NCBI GenBank assembly: GCA_963666345.1
Contig: OY762721.1
Location: forward strand, 1,248,001 to 1,312,000
From: Desulfatiglandales bacterium
Lineage (GTDB): Bacteria; Desulfobacterota; DSM-4660; Desulfatiglandales; Desulfatiglandaceae
Reading direction: 5' to 3'
Length of the DNA: 64,000 bases
Below, piece by piece: positions 18,912 through 29,049 of the stretch (its first letter is position 1; the number at the start of each line of letters is the position of its first letter). The notes under the pieces are model-generated. The model had not been told where the DNA came from. It did no database searches and saw only the letters and a program-made list of their open reading frames with translations. The translations under genes and the position numbers were made by a program.

Positions 18912-19535
18912 CTAGAGTAAAGGCATGATGGTGAAGATTGCCGTACTCCAGACCGAGTGAGATATGATTGCCGCTGCAAGATTATCGGTGCGCCAGTAAA
19001 AGGCGCCCCAGAAAGCCCCCGCAACCGCGGCCGCCCCGATTAGGATGAAATTCATGGAGCAGATATGGACACCCGCATATAACGAGGTTGCAAGCAGGTA
19101 TCCTTTCCAGCCGCCGAGACGTTCCTGCAATCCCTTTTGAAGAAAACCCCGCCAGAAGATCTCTTCACTCGGGCCGGTAATAAGAAAGAGAAGGATTGAG
19201 ATGACCCAGGCTTGAGTGCCGGTCCCTTTGCCGTAGATGGCTCCGATCTGATCTCCTGCAAAACCGAAAAGTTGAAGACAGACCACACGGCCTATCATAA
19301 ATATGAAATAAAGGGCTATGGCGGCAGAAATGCCAATTACAAAGGACCGGGCGTCAAACCGGAGAGCGGATAAAATCCCTTTTCTCAACATCAAGGAAAG
19401 AGAGGCCAGTATTGCCGCAGACAGGGATATCTTTATCCAGAAGTTGCCCGCAGGGACGGCAAAGGCCAATACCCACAGCCCAAAGGCAAGTGCGATTAAA
19501 AGCGCAAATGATCTCCAGCCGGGCCTCTTTTTCAA
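18912..19535 (-). CDS. CPBP family intramembrane glutamic endopeptidase (CAAX protease-like)
   Basis: EEIFWRG, YAGVH and AIISHSVW motifs; multiple TM helices. Confidence 0.88.
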   Translation of the reverse strand: MKKRPGWRSFALLIALAFGLWVLAFAVPAGNFWIKISLSAAILASLSLMLRKGILSALRFDARSFVIGISAAIALYFIFMIGRVVCLQLFGFAGDQIGAIYGKGTGTQAWVISILLFLITGPSEEIFWRGFLQKGLQERLGGWKGYLLATSLYAGVHICSMNFILIGAAAVAGAFWGAFYWRTDNLAAAIISHSVWSTAIFTIMPLL

Positions 19536-20419
19536 ATTATACTCTCAAGTAGAAGTGAGATGACCAGTAATGTGCCGAAGGCGGTATTCAGTTGTGCTGT
19601 GCGGGCATCCGCATCCTTGGGTACCTCGCGGATCATCGCCTTGACAAGTTTGAATGCAATAGGCAGCGAGAAAAGTACAATGAGGGACCATTTCCCGAGG
19701 GGTCCGATAAAACACATCATTATAATGGAAATAAGTGCCGCCAGTACCATGGATACATAGACGATGGGTCCGTTATTACGTCCGAAGATCATGGCCAGAT
19801 TTCTTACATCAGCCTTTGCATCGGTTCCCACATCGCGCAGGTTATTGGCGAAAAGGACCAGCGCCACAAGCACACCGAACGGAATGGATACCCATAACGC
19901 GGCCCAGCTGAAGTGCCCTAGCTGAACAAAGTAGGCGCCCTCCACTGCCAGCGGTCCCCACATGAGGAATACTGAAAACTCCCCCCAGGCCCTGTATTTA
20001 TAAGACAAAGGAGGGGCGGTATAAAAAACGCCGGCGACAACTCCAACTACACCTATCCAGAGGATCTCCCAGCCGCGAAGGTATACGAGAGACAAACCCA
20101 GCGCAATGCCCAGGGAAAATAAAACAATCGAAACCCATAGCACCGGCATGGGATAAATTTTACCTTCAACCAAAGGGTGTGGCCGGTACTGTGTTGTGGC
20201 TGCCTCTTCAATATCCACGCCGCTTCTGTAATCAAAGAAGTCGTTCATCAGATTGACGCCGCCGTGTAACGCAATCATGGCAACAGCGCTTAAAAGGTAC
20301 AAACTCCATGAAAAAGCACCATGAGTGGCTGCAAGGGCCGCCCCCACGCTGACTGATATTACGGACATGCTGAATGACCAGGGCCGCATGGCTAAAAACC
20401 AGTTTTTATGGAAACTCAT
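19532..20419 (-). CDS. menA: MenA-like 1,4-dihydroxy-2-naphthoate prenyltransferase (UbiA family)
   Basis: MRPWSF, NLMNDFFDYRSGVD, YTAPPLSYKYRAWGE and ANNLRDVGTD; RBS favours ATG 20419. Confidence 0.8.
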   Translation of the reverse strand: MSFHKNWFLAMRPWSFSMSVISVSVGAALAATHGAFSWSLYLLSAVAMIALHGGVNLMNDFFDYRSGVDIEEAATTQYRPHPLVEGKIYPMPVLWVSIVLFSLGIALGLSLVYLRGWEILWIGVVGVVAGVFYTAPPLSYKYRAWGEFSVFLMWGPLAVEGAYFVQLGHFSWAALWVSIPFGVLVALVLFANNLRDVGTDAKADVRNLAMIFGRNNGPIVYVSMVLAALISIIMMCFIGPLGKWSLIVLFSLPIAFKLVKAMIREVPKDADARTAQLNTAFGTLLVISLLLESII

Positions 20420-20570
20420 AGTGTAATACCTCAAAATAATAGGTGATTTGTGAAGGGAAGATATTATATATCGATTTCATGTGTCAATCATCAATGCAAT
20501 GGGCATGGTCAATGCTACTCCTGGCTCTTCCCTGCTTGGACGCCTCATCAGGCAAATAATCCCCGGCCGG

Positions 20571-21662
20571 TTACCCCTGAAAGGGCTTATGGTTCATTAC
20601 TGCCCGTTCGGCTGTTCTCAGGGCTCCTTCGAGATAACCGCCGTGCCGGCTTGCAGTTTCAGTGCCGGCGAAATGGATGGTGCCTTCCCAGATAGAGGTT
20701 TTTCCTGCCGGGGGGTGATAGAGTGGGTGTTCGTACATGGGCGGCTGATCGAACCTGGTGGCGGTAAATCTCTCACGGGCCCAATCCTTGTAGAATAATG
20801 CCGCAGGCTGTGCCGCAGGTCTGCCGTAGATGATTTCAAGCTGGGATATAATCGCCTCGCGCACGTTCTGTTCATGGTTTCGCTGCACCGCCGGAATACC
20901 CACAAAACCGGTCAGTCCGTAGGGAGTCCCGCTGCTGTTTGAACCGTCATGGATCTCCCCGAGCGGTCCTCTCTGGCTGAAGGCCTCACCCGAGAAACCC
21001 TTCCGCCTCCAGAAAGGCTCTTTATAAAGGGCGCAGAACTTGGCCTGTCCCGCCATCCACGTCCCGATTTTAAGCATCTCCTGCGTCAGATCATGAGACA
21101 GCTCAGGGTCAAAGAGGATGGTTGCTGCAACAAGGCGCGGCGGCAGGGCAAGTATCACCTTTCCTGCACAAAACCTGGCCCATGGCTCTTTTTCCAGCTC
21201 TCCCACGCTCACCAGAGCGCCTGTCGGCTTTTTCTCGATCCTGCAGACCGGATGATTGAGCCTTATCCCGTTTTCAGGAATATCCTCACTCAGTTTCGCT
21301 ATAAGTGCACTCATGCCGCCTTTAAGGCGCCAGGAAAGAGGCTCCATTGCGTAACCGCTCACGGTCCGGGCGGTCCCGTCGGGGCCTTGAAACCGGCCCA
21401 GCCCCTCTTCAAACTGGCGATATCCCTTAAGGCCCAGGGTCTCAATAAGTCGCGCCATTTTCGGGTGAATATCAGGCCAGTACCAGGAGGGGCCGAGATC
21501 GGAGAAAAAACCTTGATGCTCCGGGCTTAATATCCTGCCCCCAATACGATCTCGGGCCTCAAGAACGACAAAGGATTTATTTCTCCTCGTAAGCAGCCAG
21601 GCGGCATAGATACCGCTCAGACCGCCTCCGATAATAATGGTATCAACTGTTTCCGTTGTCAT
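20571..21662 (-). CDS. Flavin monoamine oxidase family protein
   Basis: GGGLSG..EARDRIGGR FAD motif and FAGTETA..GYLEGAL. Confidence 0.88.
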   Translation of the reverse strand: MTTETVDTIIIGGGLSGIYAAWLLTRRNKSFVVLEARDRIGGRILSPEHQGFFSDLGPSWYWPDIHPKMARLIETLGLKGYRQFEEGLGRFQGPDGTARTVSGYAMEPLSWRLKGGMSALIAKLSEDIPENGIRLNHPVCRIEKKPTGALVSVGELEKEPWARFCAGKVILALPPRLVAATILFDPELSHDLTQEMLKIGTWMAGQAKFCALYKEPFWRRKGFSGEAFSQRGPLGEIHDGSNSSGTPYGLTGFVGIPAVQRNHEQNVREAIISQLEIIYGRPAAQPAALFYKDWARERFTATRFDQPPMYEHPLYHPPAGKTSIWEGTIHFAGTETASRHGGYLEGALRTAERAVMNHKPFQG

Positions 21663-21744
21663 TAAGACAACCTAACAATAAACAAAAAATAGTCAATATC
21701 CGAATTAACCATCCCTTCAGATAGTTTTTCTTTCGGGACACCCC

Positions 21745-21778
21745 ATTGTCGACCTAATATTTTATCAAGGTTGACAAT
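21745..21778 (+). promoter_or_regulatory. BirA operator overlapping the -35 of a sigma-70 promoter
   Basis: ATTGTCGACC-N14-GGTTGACAAT matches the BirA palindrome; TTGACA (21771)-17 bp-TATTAA (21794). Confidence 0.85.
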
Positions 21779-21841
21779 GGGGTGCTTTGATGCTATTAAC
21801 CACGTCTCCAACAGGATACGGATCAATAAGGGGATAAAGAC

Positions 21842-22813
21842 ATGACAACAAAGGACCTGTTGCTGGGGTATCTGAAGCAGGAAAACGGGAACTGGGTATC
21901 GGGCGAGGCACTGAGCACCAGGATAGACGTTACCAGGTCGGCCGTCTGGAAGCAGGTATGCGCCTTAAGGGATGAAGGGTACAAGATAGAGTCGTCTCCA
22001 AGGAAGGGATACATTCTGAAATCGGTTCCGGATCTTCTTCTTCCGGGCGAGATACAGCAGAATCTTAAAACGGAGTTTTTCGGAAAAGTGGGCATATATC
22101 ATTTCGCTGAGACGGATTCCACCAACATTCAGGCAAAGGCCCTTGCGGCAGAGGGCGCTCCCGAGGGTACCCTGGTAGTTGCCGAAAGCCAGAGCAGGGG
22201 AAAAGGCAGAAAGGGACGCAAGTGGTTTTCCCGGTCCCTTGGAGGGATATATTCCACAATAATTCTCAGGCCGAAAATAGCACCTAACGAGGCACTCAAG
22301 ATACCCCTGCTGACCGCCCTGGTGGCGGTAAAGACACTGCTGGCAATCACGCCTATAAAACCCACCATAAAATGGCCAAACGACATACTCGTTAACGGCA
22401 GGAAACTGGGCGGAATCCTTACCGAGATAAGCACGGAAGTGGATGAGGTCGATTTTGTAATAGTAGGATTCGGCATCAACATCAACACCGCCGAATTTCC
22501 GGATGACATAAAGCCGATCGCCACATCCGTTCTGCTCGAAACGGGCCGTACCCTCTCAAGGACGCTCTTTGTAAAAGAATATCTCAAAAACTATGAAGAA
22601 ATCTACGGCATCTTTATCAAAGGCGGGTTTGATCCGCTCATGAATGAATGGAGAACGCTCACCAATATCGTAGGCCATATGATCGCAGTCGATATGATAG
22701 GAAAGAGGGTCACAGGCCAGGTGGAGAAGATCGACAAAGAGGGGGCACTCATACTCTGGGATGAACAGGGAAACCAACACAGAATCTATTCCGGAGACGT
22801 CACATATCTATGA
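21842..22813 (+). CDS. birA: Bifunctional biotin ligase/biotin operon repressor
   Basis: N-terminal HTH (VSGEALS..TRSAVWK), DSTN, QSRGKGRKGRKW and KWPND..KLGGIL. Confidence 0.96.
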   Translation: MTTKDLLLGYLKQENGNWVSGEALSTRIDVTRSAVWKQVCALRDEGYKIESSPRKGYILKSVPDLLLPGEIQQNLKTEFFGKVGIYHFAETDSTNIQAKALAAEGAPEGTLVVAESQSRGKGRKGRKWFSRSLGGIYSTIILRPKIAPNEALKIPLLTALVAVKTLLAITPIKPTIKWPNDILVNGRKLGGILTEISTEVDEVDFVIVGFGININTAEFPDDIKPIATSVLLETGRTLSRTLFVKEYLKNYEEIYGIFIKGGFDPLMNEWRTLTNIVGHMIAVDMIGKRVTGQVEKIDKEGALILWDEQGNQHRIYSGDVTYL

Positions 22814-23352
22814 AAAATAACAGCATGACTGTTCAGGGAATGGTTTATGCCTCCCTGTTCGGGGCGGCAACCGCCGCAGGGGCTTATATAATCATTCCAA
22901 CGCCGCCCGTTCCCATTACACTTCAGACCCTTTTTCTCATGCTTGCGGGTACCCTGCTCGGCGGCCGGCTGGGAGCGATGAGCCAGATCGTATACATCCT
23001 TATAGGGTTAATGGGTCTGCCGGTTTTCGCCGGGGGAAAGGCGGGGCTTGGAGTCCTGTTCGGACCCACAGGAGGCTACCTCATAGGGTTCGTGGCAGCC
23101 GCTTTTGTAATAGGCTGGATGATGCAGATGAAAAAGAACGCCGGTGCGGCATGGGCCGCCTTTTCCATGGTAGTGGGAACAGCGTTAATCTATCTTCTGG
23201 GTGTTGCCCAGCTCTCTATTGTCGCGAAACTTTCCCTTATAAAGGCGGTTTCCCTTGGCGTGGTTCCCTTTCTGATCGGGGATGCCGTAAAGGTGACTGC
23301 GGCTGTAATCATATACACAAAACTGAAAGGCCATATCAGGCCCGAGAGATAG
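22810..23352 (+). CDS. bioY: Biotin transporter BioY (ECF S component)
   Basis: PVPITLQT, GLPVFAGG, GPTGGYLIGF and PFLIGDAVK. Confidence 0.95.
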   Translation: MKNNSMTVQGMVYASLFGAATAAGAYIIIPTPPVPITLQTLFLMLAGTLLGGRLGAMSQIVYILIGLMGLPVFAGGKAGLGVLFGPTGGYLIGFVAAAFVIGWMMQMKKNAGAAWAAFSMVVGTALIYLLGVAQLSIVAKLSLIKAVSLGVVPFLIGDAVKVTAAVIIYTKLKGHIRPER

Positions 23353-23356
23353 AAAA

Positions 23357-24196
23357 ATGATAAAAGTAAGGGATCTTTCATACAGATATGAATCAGGGAA
23401 CGAACCTGCCCTCAATGGGATAGACCTTGAGATTGAAAATGGTGAATACTTAGCCGTCATAGGCCCCATAGGGTGCGGTAAAACCACCCTTATAAGACAC
23501 TTAAACGGCCTTCTTATACCCTCAGGGGGAGAGGTATCCGTGGACGGGATGGATACAAGGGACCGGGAGAACCTTAAAAGGATCAGGCAGAAGGTGGGGA
23601 TGGTGTTTCAGAACCCCGACAATCAGATAGTCGGCATGAGCGTCGAGGAAGACGTGGCCTTCGGTCCCGGCAACCTGGCGCTTTCCCGGCACGAGATCAG
23701 GGAAAGGGTGAACGCGGCCCTGACCCTGGTGGGACTTGAAGGCTACAAAGACAGGGCGCCATATTCCCTTTCAAGCGGGGAAAAACAGCTTGTCGCTATA
23801 GCCGGAGTGCTTGCCATGGACCCTGATTACATAATACTTGATGAGCCTACCGCGCACCTGGATCCGCTAACCGCTAAAAAGGTGCTCCGGGTAATGGCCG
23901 GACTCCACGGAAAGGGTATCTCCATATGCCAAGTCTCACACAGCATGGATGAGATCGTCGCGGCGGACAGGGTGCTGATAATGAGCAGGGGTGAAATCAC
24001 CCTGCAGGGCACCCCTTCGGAGGTCTTCAGGGATCCCCCTGCCCTTAAAGGCCTGGGTCTTGAACTTCCCCCTGCGGCGGAGATCATGTGGCGGCTCAAG
24101 GGCAGGGGAATCGAGGTAAGAGCCGACATAGTTACGTTAGAGGAGGCCTGCGCGGAGCTGGCCGGGCTCATAGACGGTTCACAAATCAGGCGGTGA
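23357..24196 (+). CDS. ECF transporter ATP-binding component (EcfA/BioM-like)
   Basis: GPIGCGKTT, VFQNPDNQIV, LSSGEKQ and LDEPT. Confidence 0.92.
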   Translation: MIKVRDLSYRYESGNEPALNGIDLEIENGEYLAVIGPIGCGKTTLIRHLNGLLIPSGGEVSVDGMDTRDRENLKRIRQKVGMVFQNPDNQIVGMSVEEDVAFGPGNLALSRHEIRERVNAALTLVGLEGYKDRAPYSLSSGEKQLVAIAGVLAMDPDYIILDEPTAHLDPLTAKKVLRVMAGLHGKGISICQVSHSMDEIVAADRVLIMSRGEITLQGTPSEVFRDPPALKGLGLELPPAAEIMWRLKGRGIEVRADIVTLEEACAELAGLIDGSQIRR

Positions 24197-24221
24197 AGTC
24201 GGAGCGGTAAAGGGACAGGAC

Positions 24222-25001
24222 ATGTATATACCGGGACATTATATAGCGGGCGATTCCTTCATTCACAGGCTCGATCCCAGGGTAAAGCTTCTTTCCGTAA
24301 TAGCGCTGAGCCTTTTGATCCTTTCGGCAAACCCTGCTGCAGAGGCCGTCATAAGTCTCTTTCTGTTTTCCCTGATTGTAATCTCCCGGATATCGCCGGC
24401 CGTACTTTTAAGGAGCCTGCGACCGGTTTTTGTTTTCATCGCGATTCTTTTTCTGCTGCACCTGCTCTTTACAGAGGGTACGCCTGTTCCGCCTTTTCCC
24501 GACTGGCCCGTAACAGTCACATTCGAAGGACTTGGAAGAGGGCTTACGGTCTCCTGGCAGTTTGTGCTTCTGGTGCTAAGCGCATCGATACTCACCGCCG
24601 CCACATGCCCCACGGAACTTGTAGCCGCCATGGAAAGGCTTTTGAGGCCCTTCAGTTCTTTTGGAGTGCCTTCACACGATATCGCCATGATGGTGTCCAT
24701 GGCCTTCCGTTTTCTACCTACCTTTGTTCAGGAGTCTGCAAGGATAAAAGAGGCCCAGATGGCAAGAGGGGCCGGATTCACAAAGCTCACCATCAAATCC
24801 AGGCTGAGGGCGGCCGTATCCTTTTCCACGACACTGGTTATAAATTCCTTCAGAAGGGCTGACGAACTGGCGACTGCCATGGAGGCAAGGGCTTACAGCC
24901 GCGGGCACCGCACCTGTTTAAGGGAACTCAGACTCACCCGGATCGACTATCTGGCAACCGTTATGGTTTCAACCTTTATTGGCGCGTGTGTCATCATGTA
25001 G
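24222..25001 (+). CDS. ECF transporter transmembrane T component (EcfT/BioN-like)
   Basis: HRLDPRVKL, AFRFLP, AQMARG and AMEARAY. Confidence 0.92.
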   Translation: MYIPGHYIAGDSFIHRLDPRVKLLSVIALSLLILSANPAAEAVISLFLFSLIVISRISPAVLLRSLRPVFVFIAILFLLHLLFTEGTPVPPFPDWPVTVTFEGLGRGLTVSWQFVLLVLSASILTAATCPTELVAAMERLLRPFSSFGVPSHDIAMMVSMAFRFLPTFVQESARIKEAQMARGAGFTKLTIKSRLRAAVSFSTTLVINSFRRADELATAMEARAYSRGHRTCLRELRLTRIDYLATVMVSTFIGACVIM

Positions 25002-25003
25002 GC

Positions 25004-26086
25004 CTATGCGCCCGGTTTTTTGAGGTCAAAATAGTCTTCCACACCGGACAGGGAGATATTGATCTCCTTTTTCAGGTACCTTTTTTTTGCCCTTCCTATC
25101 CTTTCAAGGGAATGGTGCAGCCTCTCAAAGGTTATATTACCCTTCAGGATATGCCATCTTATTGCCTTTATGGATTCATGAACCCCTTTCTGCTTGTTGC
25201 ATATGAGCAGTATGTCCGTACCCGCCTCAAAGGCCCTGAGAGCGCCTTCAGCCACCTGCATGCCGCCTGTGATGGCACCCATGTCCAGATCATCGGTAAT
25301 AACAAGCCCGGTAAATCCAAGTTTTTCCCTTAACAGATCCGTTATGATCTTCTTTGACAGGGTCGCTGGATTTTCCGGATCAAGGCATGGATATACCGCG
25401 TGGGAGGTCATAATGGAGGATACTCCCCCGTCGATTGCACCTTTAAACGGCGGGAGATCCGCCTTTTCAAGCTCTTTCCCGGTAAGATCCATAACGGGCA
25501 GTTTATGGTGAGGATCAAGGGGGGCGGCACCCAGACCCGGGAAATGCTTTGCCACCGCCATGACACCCCTTTCCTGGAGCACCTTTATTACGGTCAGGCC
25601 CAGAGTTCCCACAGCTTCCGGATCGTTTCCGAACATGCGGCCTGAAAGGTGTTTTTCAGGCTCACCCCTTCTCACATCAAGGACAGGGGCCATATCCATA
25701 TTGAGGCCCACAAGCCTCATCTCCTTTGCGGTCACCTCCGCGAACCGGATCGCCTTTTCAAAAGGGTCGGGGTCTTCACCTATGGCGCTGTTTCCCGGGA
25801 AAACGGTAAAAGGCTCCTTCAGTCTGGCAACCCTTCCCCCTTCCTGATCCACCGCTATAAAAAGGGGAATACCGTTGTATTTCATTGCCCTTTCCTGCAG
25901 ATCCGCGCATAACCTTGCAAGCTGAAAAGGATCCTTTATGTTCCTTGAAAAGAGGATAATACCACCGAGTGAGAAGTCGCGTATCAATGCGTCCGTCTTC
26001 GAGTCAACGACAGGGCCCGGCATGCCGGCCATGAAAAGCCTGCCGATCTTCGCGTCAAGCTCTGATAGATCAAGTGTAGGGTTCAT
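25004..26086 (-). CDS. nagZ: Beta-N-acetylhexosaminidase (GH3)
   Basis: DQEGGRVAR, KHFPGLG..DPHH and ITDDLDMGA. Confidence 0.92.
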   Translation of the reverse strand: MNPTLDLSELDAKIGRLFMAGMPGPVVDSKTDALIRDFSLGGIILFSRNIKDPFQLARLCADLQERAMKYNGIPLFIAVDQEGGRVARLKEPFTVFPGNSAIGEDPDPFEKAIRFAEVTAKEMRLVGLNMDMAPVLDVRRGEPEKHLSGRMFGNDPEAVGTLGLTVIKVLQERGVMAVAKHFPGLGAAPLDPHHKLPVMDLTGKELEKADLPPFKGAIDGGVSSIMTSHAVYPCLDPENPATLSKKIITDLLREKLGFTGLVITDDLDMGAITGGMQVAEGALRAFEAGTDILLICNKQKGVHESIKAIRWHILKGNITFERLHHSLERIGRAKKRYLKKEINISLSGVEDYFDLKKPGA

Positions 26087-26539
26087 TATTATGCCTTATA
26101 TCTTTCTACGGATTTCAAACGATCAGGGGTTCCCTTGACAAACCTTCGAAGAATCCGTCACCGGAGCGAATTACTTCCAAATGGGCCGGCATTTTTTCCA
26201 CCCATTCCCACCTCAATTTTTTAACACACAAGCGCAGACGCCGGGATTCTTTTTTCGGTCTTATCTCATAAAAAAATACCACGGACATCCGCAGTAGCCG
26301 CAGAACGGGCTTTCTTCCCGGCTGCCTTATCAGCTAAGGAACCACTTGCAAAAGTCCGCGGATGCGGTTACTTCTCCGAAAACAATAGAGAAGGCCTAAA
26401 AAAGAGTGCCGGTGCCGGAGCGTATAGTTTCAAGATATTATCCCATTGACATATGCCCCGTTCAATTATAATCAGAAAATATCTATTGTAATTAAAAATA
26501 TTTTATTTCTCATCCTTTCTTGCTCCAACTGGAAAAGAC

Positions 26540-27451
26540 ATGAAGGCAATGATTCTTGCAGCAGGCCTCGGGACAAGGCTGAGGCCCCTGACCTTATTTA
26601 AACCCAAGCCGCTCATTCCGATTGCAAACATACCCATTATCGAAAGGGTAATCAATCACCTGAAAAAGCACGGTGTAGATGAAATAATCGTAAACACCCA
26701 CCATCATCACGATCAGTTATCCTCCTTTCTTGATAAGGGTCAACCCTTTGGAATCCCGGTAACCATCAGTTTCGAAAATGAGATCCTCGGAACAGGCGGC
26801 GGCCTCAAAAAGACCATGGGATTCTGGGACAGTGAACCCTTTTTCCTTGTAAACTCCGACATACTCACCGACATAGATCTCAGCGCGGCGCTAAAAACGC
26901 ACAGGGAAAGGGGCGCCATCGCCACCCTCATTCTTCATGATTATCAGCAATTCAATAAGATAAGCATTGATAAAGACGGATTTATAATGGAAATACCCCG
27001 TGAACCTCCCTCCAACCGCTCGGAAAGACTCGCGTTCACAGGCATACATGTAATCGAACGGGGACTTTTGGACCATATCACCGGGAATGGGTTCTCCGAT
27101 ATAATCGACTGCTACAGGCATCTCTTAAGAGAAAAAATCCCGGTGGCCGCATGCCTGGCATCAGGGCATAACTGGCGGGACGTGGGCAATATTGAAAGCT
27201 ACATAAAGGCAAACAGAGAGGCCCTTGGCCGGGGGCCTTTTCTTTTCGGTAAGGGATCAAAGATAGATCCGTCCGCCCGATTAAGTGACTGGGCCGTCAT
27301 TGGAGAGGGCGCCGTCATAGAGGCGGGCGTCAGGATCAAACGATCGGTCATATGGAAAAATGCCACGATTGAGCGTGGAAGATATGTCATCGACAGCATA
27401 ATAACAGGCAATGAGGTGGTGGTTAGCGATCTTGAAAACGCACTGTTCTGA
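26540..27451 (+). CDS. Sugar-phosphate nucleotidyltransferase, MurU-like
   Basis: ILAAGLGTRLRPLT..PKPL and LGTGGG; adjacent to an AmgK-like kinase. Confidence 0.85.
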   Translation: MKAMILAAGLGTRLRPLTLFKPKPLIPIANIPIIERVINHLKKHGVDEIIVNTHHHHDQLSSFLDKGQPFGIPVTISFENEILGTGGGLKKTMGFWDSEPFFLVNSDILTDIDLSAALKTHRERGAIATLILHDYQQFNKISIDKDGFIMEIPREPPSNRSERLAFTGIHVIERGLLDHITGNGFSDIIDCYRHLLREKIPVAACLASGHNWRDVGNIESYIKANREALGRGPFLFGKGSKIDPSARLSDWAVIGEGAVIEAGVRIKRSVIWKNATIERGRYVIDSIITGNEVVVSDLENALF

Positions 27452-27461
27452 TTTCAATCAT

Positions 27462-28475
27462 ATGGATAGGGAATTTAGAAAATTCATACTCGATTTTCTC
27501 CGTGAAAGGGGTCTTTCAGTCGAAGGGAATGAGATTTCGCTTCTCAAAGGGGACGGATCAAAAAGGAATTTCTGGAGGATAAACACCCCTCGTACAGGCC
27601 TCACCGGCTTCATCGCCATGGCCAACCCCCCAAAGGAAAACTTTCTTGAAAAAGAAAATAACGCCTATCTGCATATCGGGACCCATCTGAAAAAATCGGG
27701 TGTCCCTGTGCCTGAGATCTTAAAACATGACCTTGATCAGGGCTGGTTTATCATGGAGGACATGGGCCGTTTCAGCCTTCAGGAAGCCCTGCTGGCATCG
27801 GAAGACCCACAATCCCTTTATGAAAGGGTGCTGGAAGAGCTTTTAAGGCTCCAGATCCAAGGGGCAGAAGGCTTTGACGTCAAATGGTGCTGCCAGACCG
27901 AGGTCTACGACCGGGAGGTAATGATAACTCTGGAATCATACTATTTCAGGGATGCCTTTCTTCATCTTTACATGGGGGTGAAAGAAAAACGGTCTGAGCT
28001 GGAAGGCCCTTTCAGGTATCTGGCCGAGTCGGCATCAGGTGCGGATACCCGCTTTTTCATGCACCGCGACTTCCAGTCAAGGAATATCATGGTCTCATCA
28101 GGTAAAATCGGCATCATAGACTGGCAGGGGGGAAGGCTCGGCCCGCTCGGATATGACATCGCATCCCTTCTCATTGATCCTTATACGGAGCTATCGACCG
28201 GTCAGAAAAAGTTTCTCTATAAACGATATCTCACCATGCTCTGCTGCTACAGCGAAAAATGGGCCGAGGAACTTGACAGGTACTACCCCTATCTGGCCGT
28301 ACAGAGGAACCTCCAGATCCTGGGTGCATTTTCCTACCTGACAAAGGTGGCGAAAAAGACGCATTTCGAAAAATATATCCCTGCCGCACTCAGAAACCTC
28401 AAAGGACTCCTGGACGAATTGGACCACCCTGCCCTGTCGCCCCTAAAAGAACTGGTGGGCAGGCTGGCAGGCTGA
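27462..28475 (+). CDS. Aminoglycoside phosphotransferase-family kinase, AmgK-like (anomeric MurNAc/GlcNAc kinase)
   Basis: GDGSKRNFWR, HRDFQSRNIM, IIDWQGGRLGPLGYDIASLL and QRNLQILGAF. Confidence 0.85.
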   Translation: MDREFRKFILDFLRERGLSVEGNEISLLKGDGSKRNFWRINTPRTGLTGFIAMANPPKENFLEKENNAYLHIGTHLKKSGVPVPEILKHDLDQGWFIMEDMGRFSLQEALLASEDPQSLYERVLEELLRLQIQGAEGFDVKWCCQTEVYDREVMITLESYYFRDAFLHLYMGVKEKRSELEGPFRYLAESASGADTRFFMHRDFQSRNIMVSSGKIGIIDWQGGRLGPLGYDIASLLIDPYTELSTGQKKFLYKRYLTMLCCYSEKWAEELDRYYPYLAVQRNLQILGAFSYLTKVAKKTHFEKYIPAALRNLKGLLDELDHPALSPLKELVGRLAG

Positions 28476-28583
28476 AAAATGGATCGGCATCCATTTGCAC
28501 GAAAAATAGAATTGGACAGAAAAGATTCAATTTCCTTATTATAGTACAATATCCGTCAAAAAAATTATCCCGGGAGGCGTATT

Positions 28584-29003
28584 ATGGAAGGATGTGTTTT
28601 CTGCAAGATCATAAGAGGTGAGATACCCTGTTTCAAGGTCTATGAGGATGATAATGTGCTGGCATTTGAGGATATAAACCCGATAACCATCGGGCACACC
28701 CTTTTGATACCCAAAAGGCATTCTCAGAACCTGTGGGAGATATCGGACGGGGACCTGGCAGCCGTTCACAAGGCCTCCAAAAAGATAATATCGGCGATTA
28801 AAAAGACCCTCGACCCTGTCGGTGTTGCCTGCCTTCAGCTGAACGGAAGGGGAGTAAACCAGGTGATAATGCACTATCACCTCCACCTAATACCCAGGCA
28901 GGCTGGAGATCCTGAATTACCGGTTTCAAGCTGGGAATTAAAGCAGGGGGACATGGAAAAGATAAAAGAGACGGCGGAAAGAATCGCTGCGGCGGCACTC
29001 TGA
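28584..29003 (+). CDS. HIT family protein
   Basis: CVFCKII, DINPITIGHTL and HYHLHLIPR. Confidence 0.95.
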   Translation: MEGCVFCKIIRGEIPCFKVYEDDNVLAFEDINPITIGHTLLIPKRHSQNLWEISDGDLAAVHKASKKIISAIKKTLDPVGVACLQLNGRGVNQVIMHYHLHLIPRQAGDPELPVSSWELKQGDMEKIKETAERIAAAAL

Positions 29004-29049
29004 GCCATAAAGGCCGTCATCATGTTACAGGCAAAAGGGAAAAGACGGC

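Noticed and set aside
26446..26472. TTGACA...TATAAT upstream of the murU-like gene
   Set aside because: Spacer is only 15 bp; plausible but not called
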